64,000 bases of DNA from Minisyncoccota bacterium (GTDB lineage Bacteria > Patescibacteriota > Minisyncoccia > Phycocordibacterales > PALSA-1337): assembly GCA_041662725.1 (NCBI GenBank), contig JBAZRX010000004.1, positions 2,668 through 66,667 of the forward strand, in the 5' to 3' direction. Below the pieces are notes generated by a model. The model was given only the letters and a program-made list of their open reading frames with translations. It ran no database searches and had not been told where the DNA came from. The position numbers and the translations under genes are program-made. Positions 1 through 10,701 of this stretch are shown here, in pieces (the stretch's first letter is position 1; each line of letters opens with the position of its first letter).

Positions 1-557
1 TCTGCTTGGGTCTTGTTAGAACCAGTTAGCTTTTGACTTTCAGGAGAAAGAGTGATGGAAGAGAAAGTGAAAAGGTAGCAGGTATTGTCCTTTTGAAGTG
101 AATACATGCGATCAAAGTAATTACGACCTTGAACAGTGTTAGACATAGAAATCGTATTTAACTTTAAAGTACCAACAGTGATCGTGCTTCTGTCTTTAAC
201 AGTGGTTACAGGTGGGAATGCACACTTTCCTCCTCCTACGCTAATATCAGCTCTAAGCTTATTAACTGTAGAAACTTGAGTTTTATCAATAGGCATAACG
301 AAAGTAACACCGTTATCGTTATTATTTGATTCCCAAGTTGTAGGATAATTTACTGTAAAACCAAGTTCAGCATTTTCAAATTTGGAAGTTTTGGCAGAAA
401 CTTTGGTAATTTCTGTAACAACTACTGGAGTATTTGAAGTGCCTTGATAAACAGTTTCATTTGTTGTTGGGGTAACCGCTGGTGAACGGCCAAACCAAAC
501 AATAGCTGCAATAATAACAACTAAAACTAAAATAGTAACTAACGTCGATTTTTTCAT
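1..557 (-). CDS. membrane-anchored/secreted hypothetical protein (partial, runs off left edge)
   Basis: Manual translation from ATG at 557: MKKSTLVTILVLVIIAAIVWFGRSPAVTPTT...GFTVNYPTTWE; N-terminal hydrophobic anchor. Not in the ORF track because it is truncated. Confidence 0.7.
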   Translation of the reverse strand, partial: MKKSTLVTILVLVVIIAAIVWFGRSPAVTPTTNETVYQGTSNTPVVVTEITKVSAKTSKFENAELGFTVNYPTTWESNNNDNGVTFVMPIDKTQVSTVNKLRADISVGGGKCAFPPVTTVKDRSTITVGTLKLNTISMSNTVQGRNYFDRMYSLQKDNTCYLFTFSSITLSPESQKLTGSNKTQA

Positions 558-637
558 AATATAATTTTTTATTTATAATAAAATAGTAAAATACGATTAT
601 AAGTAGATATAGTCGTCTGTGCCATTATAACACAGTT

Positions 638-2278
638 TTAATAATCCATCTCTTGACCACCACTGTGACCTTGTGTTTTCTTTTCTTCAGGTTCATCGGC
701 AATAGCGGCTTCTGTGGTAAGAAGAATAGCGGCGGCTGAGCAGGCATTCTCAACGCCGAGACGAGTTACTTTAACAGGATCAACTATTCCCGCAATGATC
801 ATATCAGGGACTATTTCATCTTTGAGTGCATCATAACCAATATTACCTTTACCGTTTTTAACTTTATCTACAATTACTGAGCCATCTTCTTTACCTGTAT
901 TTATAACAATTTGTTTCATTGGTGCTTCAAGAGCTTTCAAAACTATCAAATAACCGAGCTCTTGTTCCTTGGTCATATTCTTCTTTGTAGTGAGAGATTT
1001 TCTAACTTCATTTGAGGCACGTACCAAAGCTACGCCTCCACCAGCAACGATTCCCTCTTCAATTGCGGCTTTGGTGGCATTGACAGCATCTTCAATTTTT
1101 AACTTCAAATATTTCATTTCAGTTTCTGTGGCGGCACCTACACGAATAACAGCTACACCACCAGAAAGTTTGGCAATGCGCTCGTCCATCTTTTCTGTAT
1201 CGTATTTAGATTCCATAGTAGAACGCTGTTTCTTGAGTTGACTCAAACGTCCTTCAATATCACTCTTTTTACCCTTGCCACCTACGATAATAGTATTATC
1301 TTTACTGGAAATAACCTTGCGAGCCTTGCCCAAAACTTCAAGACCAGCATTTTCAAATTTCATACCAACTTCTTCGGTAATAACTTTGGCGCCACAGGTA
1401 ACAGCGATATCTTCTAAGATTTCTTTCTTACGATCACCGTAACCAGGAGCCTTAATTGCTAGTACATTGAAAGTTCCACGTAATTTATTAACGACAAATG
1501 TGGCTAGAGCTTCACCATCTATATCTTCAGCAATGATAACCAAATCTTTTTTGCCAGTTTGTGCTAATTTCTCAAGTATCGGTAAAATTTCTTTAATTGT
1601 TGAGATTTTCTTATCGGTAATCAATATGGCAGGCTCTTTGAATTCAGCTTCCATTCTTTCTGGATTGGTTATCATGTATGCTGAAACATAGCCCTTATCA
1701 AACTCTATACCTTCAACAATTTCTGATTCCAAACTGGTTGATTGGGATTCTTCTACGGTTACAACACCGTCTTTCCCAACTTTCTTTATGGTATCAGCAA
1801 TAATGGCACCTAATTCTACAGATTCAGAAGAAACTGTAGCGACTTGCTTTATCTCTTCATCAGATTTTATAGGAGTGGCGATTTTCTTCAAAACACTAAC
1901 AACGTCTTTTGAAGCGGCTTCAATACCAAAACGTAATCCCATGGCATTAACTCCCATGGTAGTCTCACGCATACCTTCACTGATAATCGCTTGAACAAGG
2001 ATAGTAGCTGTAGTTGTTCCATCGCCAGCAACTTCATTAGTCTTGGAAGCAACTTCTTTAGCGATCTCTGCGCCCATATTCTCAAATTTATCTTTCAAAG
2101 TAATTTCTTTTGCAATTGAAACACCGTCATTAGTGATGGTTGGTGATCCGTAACCTTTATCAAGCACTACATTTCTACCACGTGGACCGATGGTGATTTT
2201 TACAGCATTAGCGACAATATCAACGCCATTTTTCAGAGCTTTGCGAGCCTCTTCATTGTATAGAATTTTCTTTGACAT
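638..2278 (-). CDS. groEL: chaperonin GroEL
   Basis: 546 aa; [20 protein letters not shown] and AGDGTTTAT motifs. Confidence 0.99.
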   Translation of the reverse strand: MSKKILYNEEARKALKNGVDIVANAVKITIGPRGRNVVLDKGYGSPTITNDGVSIAKEITLKDKFENMGAEIAKEVASKTNEVAGDGTTTATILVQAIISEGMRETTMGVNAMGLRFGIEAASKDVVSVLKKIATPIKSDEEIKQVATVSSESVELGAIIADTIKKVGKDGVVTVEESQSTSLESEIVEGIEFDKGYVSAYMITNPERMEAEFKEPAILITDKKISTIKEILPILEKLAQTGKKDLVIIAEDIDGEALATFVVNKLRGTFNVLAIKAPGYGDRKKEILEDIAVTCGAKVITEEVGMKFENAGLEVLGKARKVISSKDNTIIVGGKGKKSDIEGRLSQLKKQRSTMESKYDTEKMDERIAKLSGGVAVIRVGAATETEMKYLKLKIEDAVNATKAAIEEGIVAGGGVALVRASNEVRKSLTTKKNMTKEQELGYLIVLKALEAPMKQIVINTGKEDGSVIVDKVKNGKGNIGYDALKDEIVPDMIIAGIVDPVKVTRLGVENACSAAAILLTTEAAIADEPEEKKTQGHSGGQEMDY

Positions 2279-2349
2279 AGTTGTTTTTAATTAATTTAAG
2301 TTGATTTAATGAATAAATGGAAGTATGGATTAAAAATTGTGAATACCGG

Positions 2350-2381
2350 TCATTGATCATTGGTTATTGGTAATTGATCAT
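2350..2381. repeat. short period-7 tandem repeat (ATTG-based) between groES and groEL
   Basis: tcattgatcattggttattggtaattgatca. Confidence 0.45.
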
Positions 2382-2686
2382 TACTTAATTACCGCCAACA
2401 CCTCGCTCTCTTTTACTATATAATATTCCTCTTCCCCGATCTTTATCTTATCTCCCCATTGAAAAAGAACATCGTCACCTATCTTAACTGATACAGGAAT
2501 AAGCTTTCCTTCTTCAATTCTTCCATTTCCAATAGCTACAACTTTTCCACGCTTACTACCTTTGTCTTCATTTACCGTTACAGGGATAATAATACCTGAA
2601 GAAGTTTTCTTCTCCTTACTATCAGTATCTTCTTGTATAAGAATGCGATCTTGCAAAGGCTTGATCTTTTTTGATATGTCTTTCAT
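2381..2686 (-). CDS. groES: co-chaperonin GroES
   Basis: 101 aa; IKPLQDRILI, SGIIIP, GKVVAIGNG; directly upstream of groEL. Confidence 0.98.
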   Translation of the reverse strand: MKDISKKIKPLQDRILIQEDTDSKEKKTSSGIIIPVTVNEDKGSKRGKVVAIGNGRIEEGKLIPVSVKIGDDVLFQWGDKIKIGEEEYYIVKESEVLAVIK

Positions 2687-2907
2687 GTTATTTGATAATT
2701 TTTTAGACTGATAATGTTGTATTGCCTATTATATATAGAAGTGCCGTAATGACAACTTGACAAAAATAGCTTTTAGGTGTTTTATTGTACATAGAAATTC
2801 GTAATATAACCCAATACCCTACGTCCAATCTTACTGGCCTGAAGTCAGCAAAGAGAGCCTGAAGCTCCGTTAGTATTTGGTTTTATGAATTTTGAAAGGA
2901 TAGTTCT

Positions 2908-3555
2908 ATGAAAAATAAAATTAGTGCAGAAGAAATCTGTACGTTGTATAGATATGGAATGCTAAAAAAGCTTGTTGACTCTTGGAAAAGTCACATGATA
3001 GTTGAAATCAATCCTGTTGAGAAATTAGAGCAACTAACTAAAATGTTTTATACCTCTTTGGTTTGCTCATTCATTTCTATAACTGGCTGTTCAATAACCC
3101 AAGAATTTCTTTTACAAAACAAATCTTACGGTTCTGAATATGCTATTTTTTTAATGAATATAGTAGGAGGACTATTTTTAGGTATAATGATAACAAGTAA
3201 TATTACTACTATTGGATGCTATTTTTTAATTTTGTTTAATGGATTTGTAAAAGATCTAAATAAATTATTTGAATTATTAGATAATCCAGATCCACAAGAT
3301 TTAGTAGATTATTCAAAGGTAAAAGCTAAAGCTGCAGACTACTTAAACAGATGTGGCAAATCAATAAGCCTAGCAGAATCAAATATTACTAGTGAGTACC
3401 AAGGGATGGGTTCGGATCTTGCAGAAGAATTTAGAAAAGACTTTAAGAGATCCCATTCAGTTTTTCTAAGATTTAATCTTGTTGAAGGAAGATGGAATAG
3501 TTATTTTCCGAAAAACGATAAGGTTACATCAGATACAGTGAAGAGCTTCTCGTAA
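2908..3555 (+). CDS. hypothetical membrane protein
   Basis: 215 aa ORF with two hydrophobic segments; AAGGA Shine-Dalgarno upstream; terminator downstream. Confidence 0.7.
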   Translation: MKNKISAEEICTLYRYGMLKKLVDSWKSHMIVEINPVEKLEQLTKMFYTSLVCSFISITGCSITQEFLLQNKSYGSEYAIFLMNIVGGLFLGIMITSNITTIGCYFLILFNGFVKDLNKLFELLDNPDPQDLVDYSKVKAKAADYLNRCGKSISLAESNITSEYQGMGSDLAEEFRKDFKRSHSVFLRFNLVEGRWNSYFPKNDKVTSDTVKSFS

Positions 3556-3594
3556 GGTGTCTCCTACTTTTAAACTGCACATTTAATTCCCTTC

Positions 3595-3630
3595 AATCCC
3601 GCGTGAGCATTACAGTTCCGCGGGATTTTT
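3595..3630 (+). terminator. intrinsic terminator
   Basis: aatcccgcg...cgcgggatt hairpin followed by a T-run. Confidence 0.65.
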
Positions 3631-3662
3631 CATTTGATAATATCTCGAAATGATATAAACTT

Positions 3663-3848
3663 ATGGATATGAAAACCAAAAAGACTATAGCTACCAAAGA
3701 TTTATTTTCTGTAAAATCTGATTTTGATATGCCGTCTAAAAAATTAATTAAAGTACTCAAAAAGGTTGAAAAAGATATTGTAAACAAGAAAAATCTTTCT
3801 CCAATATTTTATGATGTTGATGATCTGGTGACTGAACTTATAAATTAA
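3663..3848 (+). CDS. small hypothetical protein
   Basis: 61 aa ORF upstream of the Panacea gene. Confidence 0.5.
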   Translation: MDMKTKKTIATKDLFSVKSDFDMPSKKLIKVLKKVEKDIVNKKNLSPIFYDVDDLVTELIN

Positions 3849-3910
3849 TTTAAGAAAGAGGAGCACGAGATTTTCTTATATCAAAAATATGGTAGAATCA
3901 CAAAGATAAT

Positions 3911-4381
3911 ATGAATATAACTAAATCCCAAAAACTTCTTTACACTATAATAAAGGAACTTGGTGGTGTAGATGATAAAATAAAATTAGCCAAATATCAG
4001 TATTTTTCTGACTTTATTCACTATGCTTTCAATAACGAACCAATCTCTGATGTAACTAATCTTTATGAAAAAAGACCGTATGGTCCGTTGGCACGTTCTT
4101 TTAATTCAGATCTTGCACAACTCGTTACGTCCGGACTGATTGAAAATAATGGTAAATATCATTATTCTGTGAAAAAAGAGCTTGATAACTTGCTTAATAA
4201 GAAAGAAATAAAAACAATTAGATATGTCATAAATAAATATGCAAAGTATTCGTACGATACACTTGCAGATTTGAGTCATAAACAGATTCCTTATCTTTCA
4301 ACAAATGAAGGAGGAATTATTGAATACGATACAGCATATAATCTTGTTGATGAATATACCGATTATAATACTTGTCAATAA
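3911..4381 (+). CDS. Panacea/SocA (DUF4065) antitoxin-like protein
   Basis: KIKLAKYQYFSDF...YEKRPYGP and C-terminal L.DLSH.Q.P pattern typical of DUF4065. Confidence 0.8.
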   Translation: MNITKSQKLLYTIIKELGGVDDKIKLAKYQYFSDFIHYAFNNEPISDVTNLYEKRPYGPLARSFNSDLAQLVTSGLIENNGKYHYSVKKELDNLLNKKEIKTIRYVINKYAKYSYDTLADLSHKQIPYLSTNEGGIIEYDTAYNLVDEYTDYNTCQ

Positions 4382-4402
4382 ATAGTAATAATATTAACTG
4401 AA

Positions 4403-4867
4403 ATGGAAGATTGTACACTGTTTACCTGTGCAGATTTTTGGAAAGATGTAAAACGTCTCAGTAAGCATATAAAGTCTTCACTATTAGAAGTAGAGCTTAC
4501 GCCGATAGAATATGAACAACTTTCTATTGTTGAAAAGATTTCTGCAGTACCAATTCTTCGTCAAATTTCAACTACAATAAAGAACAAAATTAGTAAACTC
4601 AATGAATTACCTAATAATGACAAGAATGGTCAACAACCATTTCTTTCAGATAATTGGATTCTGTGGAAAATGAGATGGGCGGTTGATAATCGAGGTTCAT
4701 CGTATGGATTAAGGATAATATATTCAGTGAATGGTAAATATCTTGTATTTGCCGCCATTAAACATAAAAAGGAAATAAAGGATAATGAAAGTGGTTTTCA
4801 AAAAGAAGTGATTGAACGTCTGAGAGTATTTTTTGATTGCCATAAGAAAGCAAAAAATAACATTTAA
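4403..4867 (+). CDS. putative RelE-like toxin
   Basis: FWKDVKRLSK...WKMRWAVDNRGSSYGLRIIY resembles the RelE/ParE core; follows the Panacea antitoxin. Confidence 0.55.
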   Translation: MEDCTLFTCADFWKDVKRLSKHIKSSLLEVELTPIEYEQLSIVEKISAVPILRQISTTIKNKISKLNELPNNDKNGQQPFLSDNWILWKMRWAVDNRGSSYGLRIIYSVNGKYLVFAAIKHKKEIKDNESGFQKEVIERLRVFFDCHKKAKNNI

Positions 4868-4912
4868 AAATCCGAATTTGCTAATTTATTAGAATATGCT
4901 AGTATAATCCCA

Positions 4913-5134
4913 ATGAAGTCATTCCTCCCTTATATCCAGATCATTCTGTCCGTTGTTCTTGTTGCGGCCATATTACTCCAGAGAACTGGCGCTCAAGTAG
5001 GCGGTGCTTTTGGGGGTGGTGATAATTTCAGTTCAGCATTCCATACCAGACGTGGATTTGAAAAAGTACTATTTAATTCAACAATAGTTATTGCAATTCT
5101 TTTCGCTATTTCTGCACTTATAAATCTTATTTAG
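4913..5134 (+). CDS. secG: preprotein translocase subunit SecG
   Basis: 73 aa, two TM helices, ILLQRTGAQVGGAFGG, TRRGFEK. Confidence 0.93.
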   Translation: MKSFLPYIQIILSVVLVAAILLQRTGAQVGGAFGGGDNFSSAFHTRRGFEKVLFNSTIVIAILFAISALINLI

Positions 5135-5136
5135 TT

Positions 5137-5279
5137 CTACGAATCTACGAATTATGCGAATGGGCTACGAAGCTACGAATCTACGAATTATGCGAGTGAC
5201 TACGAATCTACAAATAATCGCAAACACCGTGTTTCATTCGCATATTTGTAGTCATTCGCATAATTTGTAGTTTCGTAGT
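5137..5279. repeat. CTACGAAT-type short tandem repeats followed by inverted copies
   Basis: Repeated ctacgaat/tatgcgaa units on the left; cattcgcata...tttgtag/tttcgtag (reverse complement) on the right. Confidence 0.8.
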
Positions 5280-5292
5280 ACAACTTTAAACC

Positions 5293-7059
5293 GTGAATAA
5301 CCCTGTATCCCCAAAAGAATTTCATCTAAAGAGCGGTAAATCTATACTCTCTTACGTTCAGCAATTTTCCTCAACAGAAAGAGTTGTTTTTGGTGCACTT
5401 GTGGTCATTGCTGGTGTTAGTGCTTTGCTTATGGCTGGAAATGTAAATTCACTTTTTACAGTAGAAGTCCCTGGTTATGGCGGAGAAATTCGTGAAGGAG
5501 TTATTGGTTTACCTCGTACTATCAATCCTATTTTGGCTATAACTGATGTAGATCGCGATATGTCTGCTCTCATTTACTCCGGGTTAATGAAATATTCAGG
5601 GAATGATTTGGTACCAGACCTAGCAAAGTCATATAAAATATCTGATGATGGTTTGACTTACACTTTTGTCTTACGCGAAAATTTACGTTTTCATGACGGA
5701 GAATCTCTTACGGCCGAAGATATTGCTTTTACTGTACAAAAAATACAAGATCCCGCTTTGAAAAGTCCACGTCGAGCTGATTGGTTGAATATAGTTGCAA
5801 CAGTAGTGTCGCCAACAGAGATTAAATTTACTTTGAAACAACCTTATAGTCCTTTCTTAACTAATACTACTGTAGGTATAATCCCTAAACATATTTGGAA
5901 TAATGTTAGTAACGAGCAATTTATTTTTAGTCAGTTCAATATTGAGCCTATAGGGTCTGGACTTTTTATAAAAGATGTAATGACACGCGATGCTGGTGGT
6001 ATTCCGACAACATATCGCTTATCTGCATGGAAGGATTATTATGGTAAATCAGCACATGTGAACAATATAACTTTCTATTTCTTTGCTGATGCAGATAAGG
6101 CACTTTTAGCTCTTGATAATGGAGAAATAGATAGTATAGCTTCTGTGTCATCTAGTCAGGCTAAAAAGCTAGCGACAGATTCAGCACAAGCATATGAAGT
6201 ATTGTCGGCGCCATTACCAAGAATTTTTGGGGTTTTCTTTAATCAAAATCAAAGTCCTGTATTGGCTGATAAAGTGGTACGTCAAGCCTTGAATATGTCA
6301 GTAGATAGATCTGCTATTGTAAATGCTATATTGAATGATTACGGAATAGTTATAGATGGCCCATTACCTTCTCTAAATGGCTTAATAAAAACAGCTGTTA
6401 GCACAACCACAAGTACGACCACAAGCAATTTTAATATTACAGCGGCGCGTGCTCTTCTAGAAAAAAACGGATGGGTAAAAAATTCTATAACTGGTATATA
6501 TGAAAAGAAAAATACCAAAAACGTAGTCCAAACTTTAGCATTTGATATTTATACAGCTGATACAGCTGATTTGAAGCAAGCGGCAGAAATGATCAGAAGT
6601 TCATGGAATAGTCTTGGTGCACAAGTGAATATTAAAGTATTTGAATCCTCTGATCTTTATCAAAATATTATTCGTACTCGTAAGTATGATGCTTTGCTAT
6701 TCGGTGAGTTAGTAGGTAAAGACCATGATGTCTATGCTTTTTGGCATTCTTCTCAGAGAAATTCTCCTGGTTTGAATGTAGCCATGTATACCAATAGTAA
6801 AGTAGATAAACTTTTAGAAGATATTCGTTCTATAAACGATACTGACAGTCGTACAGCTAAATATATTGAACTTAATAAACTTATAAACACAGATATACCA
6901 GCAATTTTCATCTATTCACCAAATTTTATATACGTTACACCAAAGACGCTTCGTGGAATAAATATTTATAATATAACCACACCATCAGATCGTTTTAATT
7001 CTGTTGAAAACTGGTATGTAAACACGGAAAAAGTATGGAAAATATTCTCAAATAATTAA
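5293..7059 (+). CDS. ABC transporter peptide-binding protein (SBP family 5, OppA/DppA-like)
   Basis: LVPDLAKSYKISDDGLTYTFVLRENLRFHDGESLTAEDIAFT signature; PIGSG. Confidence 0.92.
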   Translation: MNNPVSPKEFHLKSGKSILSYVQQFSSTERVVFGALVVIAGVSALLMAGNVNSLFTVEVPGYGGEIREGVIGLPRTINPILAITDVDRDMSALIYSGLMKYSGNDLVPDLAKSYKISDDGLTYTFVLRENLRFHDGESLTAEDIAFTVQKIQDPALKSPRRADWLNIVATVVSPTEIKFTLKQPYSPFLTNTTVGIIPKHIWNNVSNEQFIFSQFNIEPIGSGLFIKDVMTRDAGGIPTTYRLSAWKDYYGKSAHVNNITFYFFADADKALLALDNGEIDSIASVSSSQAKKLATDSAQAYEVLSAPLPRIFGVFFNQNQSPVLADKVVRQALNMSVDRSAIVNAILNDYGIVIDGPLPSLNGLIKTAVSTTTSTTTSNFNITAARALLEKNGWVKNSITGIYEKKNTKNVVQTLAFDIYTADTADLKQAAEMIRSSWNSLGAQVNIKVFESSDLYQNIIRTRKYDALLFGELVGKDHDVYAFWHSSQRNSPGLNVAMYTNSKVDKLLEDIRSINDTDSRTAKYIELNKLINTDIPAIFIYSPNFIYVTPKTLRGINIYNITTPSDRFNSVENWYVNTEKVWKIFSNN

Positions 7060-7077
7060 TCAATAATTAATAACTAA

Positions 7078-9177
7078 ATGGAAAATCAAAAACCAATTCG
7101 CCCAAATAACTGGCGACCAGCGAGTCAACAAATAAATAGGAATCAGAACTTCAATAAGTCTAAACCAGCTTTTCAGACACGTGTTTTGCATTCCCCTTTA
7201 CCTAATCAGATGGCTGTTAATAATAAAACAGCTCAACCATCGGTGAACTCTTCTGTTCCATTGAGTCCAAAGCCGTTTGTACCGAATAATCTGAATGGGC
7301 AATTACCTTCTTCTAATGGTCATAGAATAGTTCTTGGTAAAGGTGCAAAAAAGCATCCTGAAATGGTTAGACATATTGCTGGTGCCAGAATGAATGTTAT
7401 ACGCAAGGAATCTCGAGGATCACCTAAAGGTCGCGGAAGACCTGCAAGATCACTTGTCAATCCTAATGGTAATGGTAGTGATATTATTCCTACTTTAGCT
7501 CCAGATTCTATTCGTATTATTCCTTTAGGAGGTGTAGAAGAAATTGGTCGTAATATGACGGCTATTGAATTTGGTGAAGATATTATAGTTATAGACATAG
7601 GCTTTCAATTTCGTGATGAAAATACGCCGGGTATTGATTACATCTTGCCTAATACGAAATATCTTGAAGAAAGACAGGGTAAAATCCGTGCCGTTCTTAT
7701 TACCCACGGTCACCTTGACCATATCGGTGGTATACCTTACATCATGCCTCGTATTGGTAATCCAGTGATATACACACGCCTTCTAACTTCAGTTTTAATT
7801 ACAAAGAGACAAGAAGAGTTTCCGCATGTACCAAAATTAGATATTAAAGTTGTAGAAAAAAATGAAACAATTACCATAGGCAAATTACGTGTTAAATTCT
7901 TTGCGGTGACGCACACTATTCCAGATGCTATGGGTGTTATTATTGAAACTCCTTATGGCTCTATAGTCCATACTGGTGATCTTAAACTTGATCATCTTGA
8001 TGGTATACCAACTGCAGAAGAAGTAGCGGAATACGATCGTGCCTTTAAAAAAGAAAATGTATTAATGTTAATGGCAGATTCAACCAATGTAGAGAATCCT
8101 GGTTTTTCTATGCCAGAAAAGGTTGTACATAAAAATATTGAAGAAGTTATAAAGAATGTCAAAGGTCGTTTGATCATTGCAACTTTCTCTTCCCTTTTGG
8201 AGCGTCTTATAAAAATTATTGATTTTGCTGAAATTTATGGAAAGAAAGTCGTAGTTGAAGGCCGAAGTATGAAATCAAATCTAGAGATTTGTAAGCATCT
8301 TGGTCTTTTGAAAGCTAAGGAATCAACGATGATTTCAACTGATGATATGGAAAATTATCCACCAGATAGAATTATTATCTTGGCTACTGGTGCTCAGGGT
8401 GATGAATTTGCCGCGATGATGCGCATGTCCAACAAAACACATGCAAAAATACGTATTACTCCTAGAGATACGGTTATGCTTTCTTCTTCAATTATTCCAG
8501 GTAATGAACGTGCCGTACAAAAACTTAAAGATAATTTGTCTCGCCAAGGAGCTAGGATTATTCACTACAAAATTGCCGATGTTCACTCTTCAGGTCACGC
8601 TAATCGTGATGAGACAGCTTGGATCCATCGCGCTATTCATCCTAAGTTCTTTATGCCAGTTCACGGATATCATTATCTACTTCGTGCTCATGCAGATATT
8701 GCCAAAGAAGCTAATGGTCTCAAAGAAGAAGATGTGGTTATTCCTGATAACAGTTCAATTATTGAAATTCAAAATGGTGGTACAAAAATAGTTAAGTTAA
8801 AAGAAAAGGCTGCTTCAGGGCTTGTGCTTGTTGACGGATTCTCTGTTGGCGATGTTCAGGATGTTGTTATTCGAGATCGTCAAATGTTGGCTCAAGATGG
8901 TATTTTCATTATCTTTGGTATTATCAATGCTTCCAATGGAAAATTAAAGAAATCTCCAGATATTATTTCTCGTGGTTTCGTATATTTACGTGAATCACAA
9001 GAATTGCTTCATGAAGTGCGTCTTATTATCAAAGATACTGTTGAGAAATCAACTCGTGGACAAAATCCTATCAATGTAGATTTTGTTAAAGATAATATTA
9101 CGGATGCTGTAAGCAAATTCCTAGTTACGAAGACCGCAAAAAGACCGATGGTTATACCGGTGATACTTACGATATAG
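7078..9177 (+). CDS. rnj: ribonuclease J with long low-complexity N-terminal extension
   Basis: IPLGGVEEIGRN, THGHLDHIGG, HTGD, HSSGHA, PVHG motifs. Confidence 0.96.
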   Translation: MENQKPIRPNNWRPASQQINRNQNFNKSKPAFQTRVLHSPLPNQMAVNNKTAQPSVNSSVPLSPKPFVPNNLNGQLPSSNGHRIVLGKGAKKHPEMVRHIAGARMNVIRKESRGSPKGRGRPARSLVNPNGNGSDIIPTLAPDSIRIIPLGGVEEIGRNMTAIEFGEDIIVIDIGFQFRDENTPGIDYILPNTKYLEERQGKIRAVLITHGHLDHIGGIPYIMPRIGNPVIYTRLLTSVLITKRQEEFPHVPKLDIKVVEKNETITIGKLRVKFFAVTHTIPDAMGVIIETPYGSIVHTGDLKLDHLDGIPTAEEVAEYDRAFKKENVLMLMADSTNVENPGFSMPEKVVHKNIEEVIKNVKGRLIIATFSSLLERLIKIIDFAEIYGKKVVVEGRSMKSNLEICKHLGLLKAKESTMISTDDMENYPPDRIIILATGAQGDEFAAMMRMSNKTHAKIRITPRDTVMLSSSIIPGNERAVQKLKDNLSRQGARIIHYKIADVHSSGHANRDETAWIHRAIHPKFFMPVHGYHYLLRAHADIAKEANGLKEEDVVIPDNSSIIEIQNGGTKIVKLKEKAASGLVLVDGFSVGDVQDVVIRDRQMLAQDGIFIIFGIINASNGKLKKSPDIISRGFVYLRESQELLHEVRLIIKDTVEKSTRGQNPINVDFVKDNITDAVSKFLVTKTAKRPMVIPVILTI

Positions 9178-9180
9178 TAA

Positions 9181-9245
9181 CTCGAGGCGAGGCGTTCTTG
9201 GAGGTCAGGCCTCTGCGTCGGTGTGGAGGCCTGACCTCCAAGAAC
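9181..9245. repeat. GAGG..CCTC family repeat; 20-bp perfect stem with 12-nt loop
   Basis: gttcttggaggtcaggcctc-tgcgtcggtgtg-gaggcctgacctccaagaac between convergent genes. Confidence 0.9.
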
Positions 9246-10594
9246 TACAACTGATTTATCGTCTGCTGGATAGAATCTGCTTTACTAACTACACTATTGC
9301 CGTAGCTCGCAATTAATGAGGACTTACTGCATGAACTACCAGAGAAATATCGACAAGCGGCATTACGTTCTGCGGTATAGCCACCATTAGAAGCACCTAA
9401 GTCTCCTAGATAAAGGGCAGAAGCCATGAAAGCATGTCCTGGATTCCAAGGATTGGGTGGTGAACTTCCTAGACCTAAAGCTGAAGCTATGCGACTTTCA
9501 AATAAAGTCCAAGTGGAAGCAATGAATTGTGCGGGACCCATAGCGCCACCCCAACCAACTGATTGAGGACAAGATACAACTGTTTTCATTGGATCATACC
9601 CAAGTCTTTGTACGATATTAATAAATATAGGCACATCGCGCGTCGGGTTCATAACTTTATAGACAGATTGGCTTGTGCTAACTTTTATACCCTCACCTGT
9701 TGAAGTGTTAGAAAGATAACAGTTACCGACATTAGCTCCTAAAGCTGATTCCTGGGTAAGAACGGCTAGAATAAAGGCTGGACGAACACCAGTTTTCTGA
9801 CCAGCTTCATTAGCATATTGGAGAGCTTGACCGAATTGGATTTTTTGTCCACCGGCCAACGGGAATAATGCCGCTCTAATCTGTGCCGCACGAGTGGCTT
9901 TTTCTGCCGCTAAAGAAGAATAAGCTTTTTCATTATTTTTACTTATAGAAAGTAATTTCTTTTGCTCAGCCTGATTTGCTTCAATATTCTTTTGCTGTTG
10001 TTGGATGGCGTAACGGGCATCTACGGCTGCATTTTTACGTTTTGTTAGAGCAGTTTTCTCGGCATCAGTAGCGGCTTTGTCTGAACGAATTTGTTCAAAT
10101 GTAGATTTGAGACTTTCTTGTATTGATTCAAAATCATCTAGATCTTCAAAAAAACCAGTTATACTAGATTGCGACAGTATTACTTCTGGTAACGAATAAG
10201 AATTTATTTCGTAAGTTTTGCGAAGAATAATAGAGATTGTTTCTTTACCACGATTTATACGAGCATCTAAAGCCTCTATCTCACTTTGCTTCTGTGTAAT
10301 ATTATTACCAAGAGTCTGAATAAGTAAATTCTTTGCTTTTATATCCAACTGCGCGGCTTTGATTTTAGCAGATAATGTGGCGATATCATTAGTTAAGGAA
10401 GAGCTTTTAGCTTGAGCATTGGCAAGATCTTTTTGTGCTTCAGCTAATTCATTATTGACTTGGTCAAGAGCGGCTTGGCACTGGGCTTTTTCTTGAGGTG
10501 TATCGCACTTAATAACTTGTGCAGAAGCATTTATTGGTATTAAAAATGACACAATTGTGACAATTAAAATAATAGTAGTCGGTAAAGACTTCAT
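9245..10594 (-). CDS. secreted coiled-coil lytic murein transglycosylase (SLT_2/MltB-like C-terminus)
   Basis: Signal peptide, long coiled coil, QES catalytic motif, GAMGPAQFIASTW. Confidence 0.85.
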   Translation of the reverse strand: MKSLPTTIILIVTIVSFLIPINASAQVIKCDTPQEKAQCQAALDQVNNELAEAQKDLANAQAKSSSLTNDIATLSAKIKAAQLDIKAKNLLIQTLGNNITQKQSEIEALDARINRGKETISIILRKTYEINSYSLPEVILSQSSITGFFEDLDDFESIQESLKSTFEQIRSDKAATDAEKTALTKRKNAAVDARYAIQQQQKNIEANQAEQKKLLSISKNNEKAYSSLAAEKATRAAQIRAALFPLAGGQKIQFGQALQYANEAGQKTGVRPAFILAVLTQESALGANVGNCYLSNTSTGEGIKVSTSQSVYKVMNPTRDVPIFINIVQRLGYDPMKTVVSCPQSVGWGGAMGPAQFIASTWTLFESRIASALGLGSSPPNPWNPGHAFMASALYLGDLGASNGGYTAERNAACRYFSGSSCSKSSLIASYGNSVVSKADSIQQTINQL

Positions 10595-10667
10595 AAGATG
10601 ATTATAACAGATTTATCAGTTGATTAGATATCTAGAGATGAAACCCCTCCAAAGGGCTAATCTCTAC

Positions 10668-10696
10668 AAAAACACCGGATTGTATCCGGTGTTTTT
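10668..10696. terminator. intrinsic terminator downstream of rplY
   Basis: aaaaacaccggat-tgt-atccggtgttttt. Confidence 0.8.
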
Positions 10697-10701
10697 CATG
10701 A

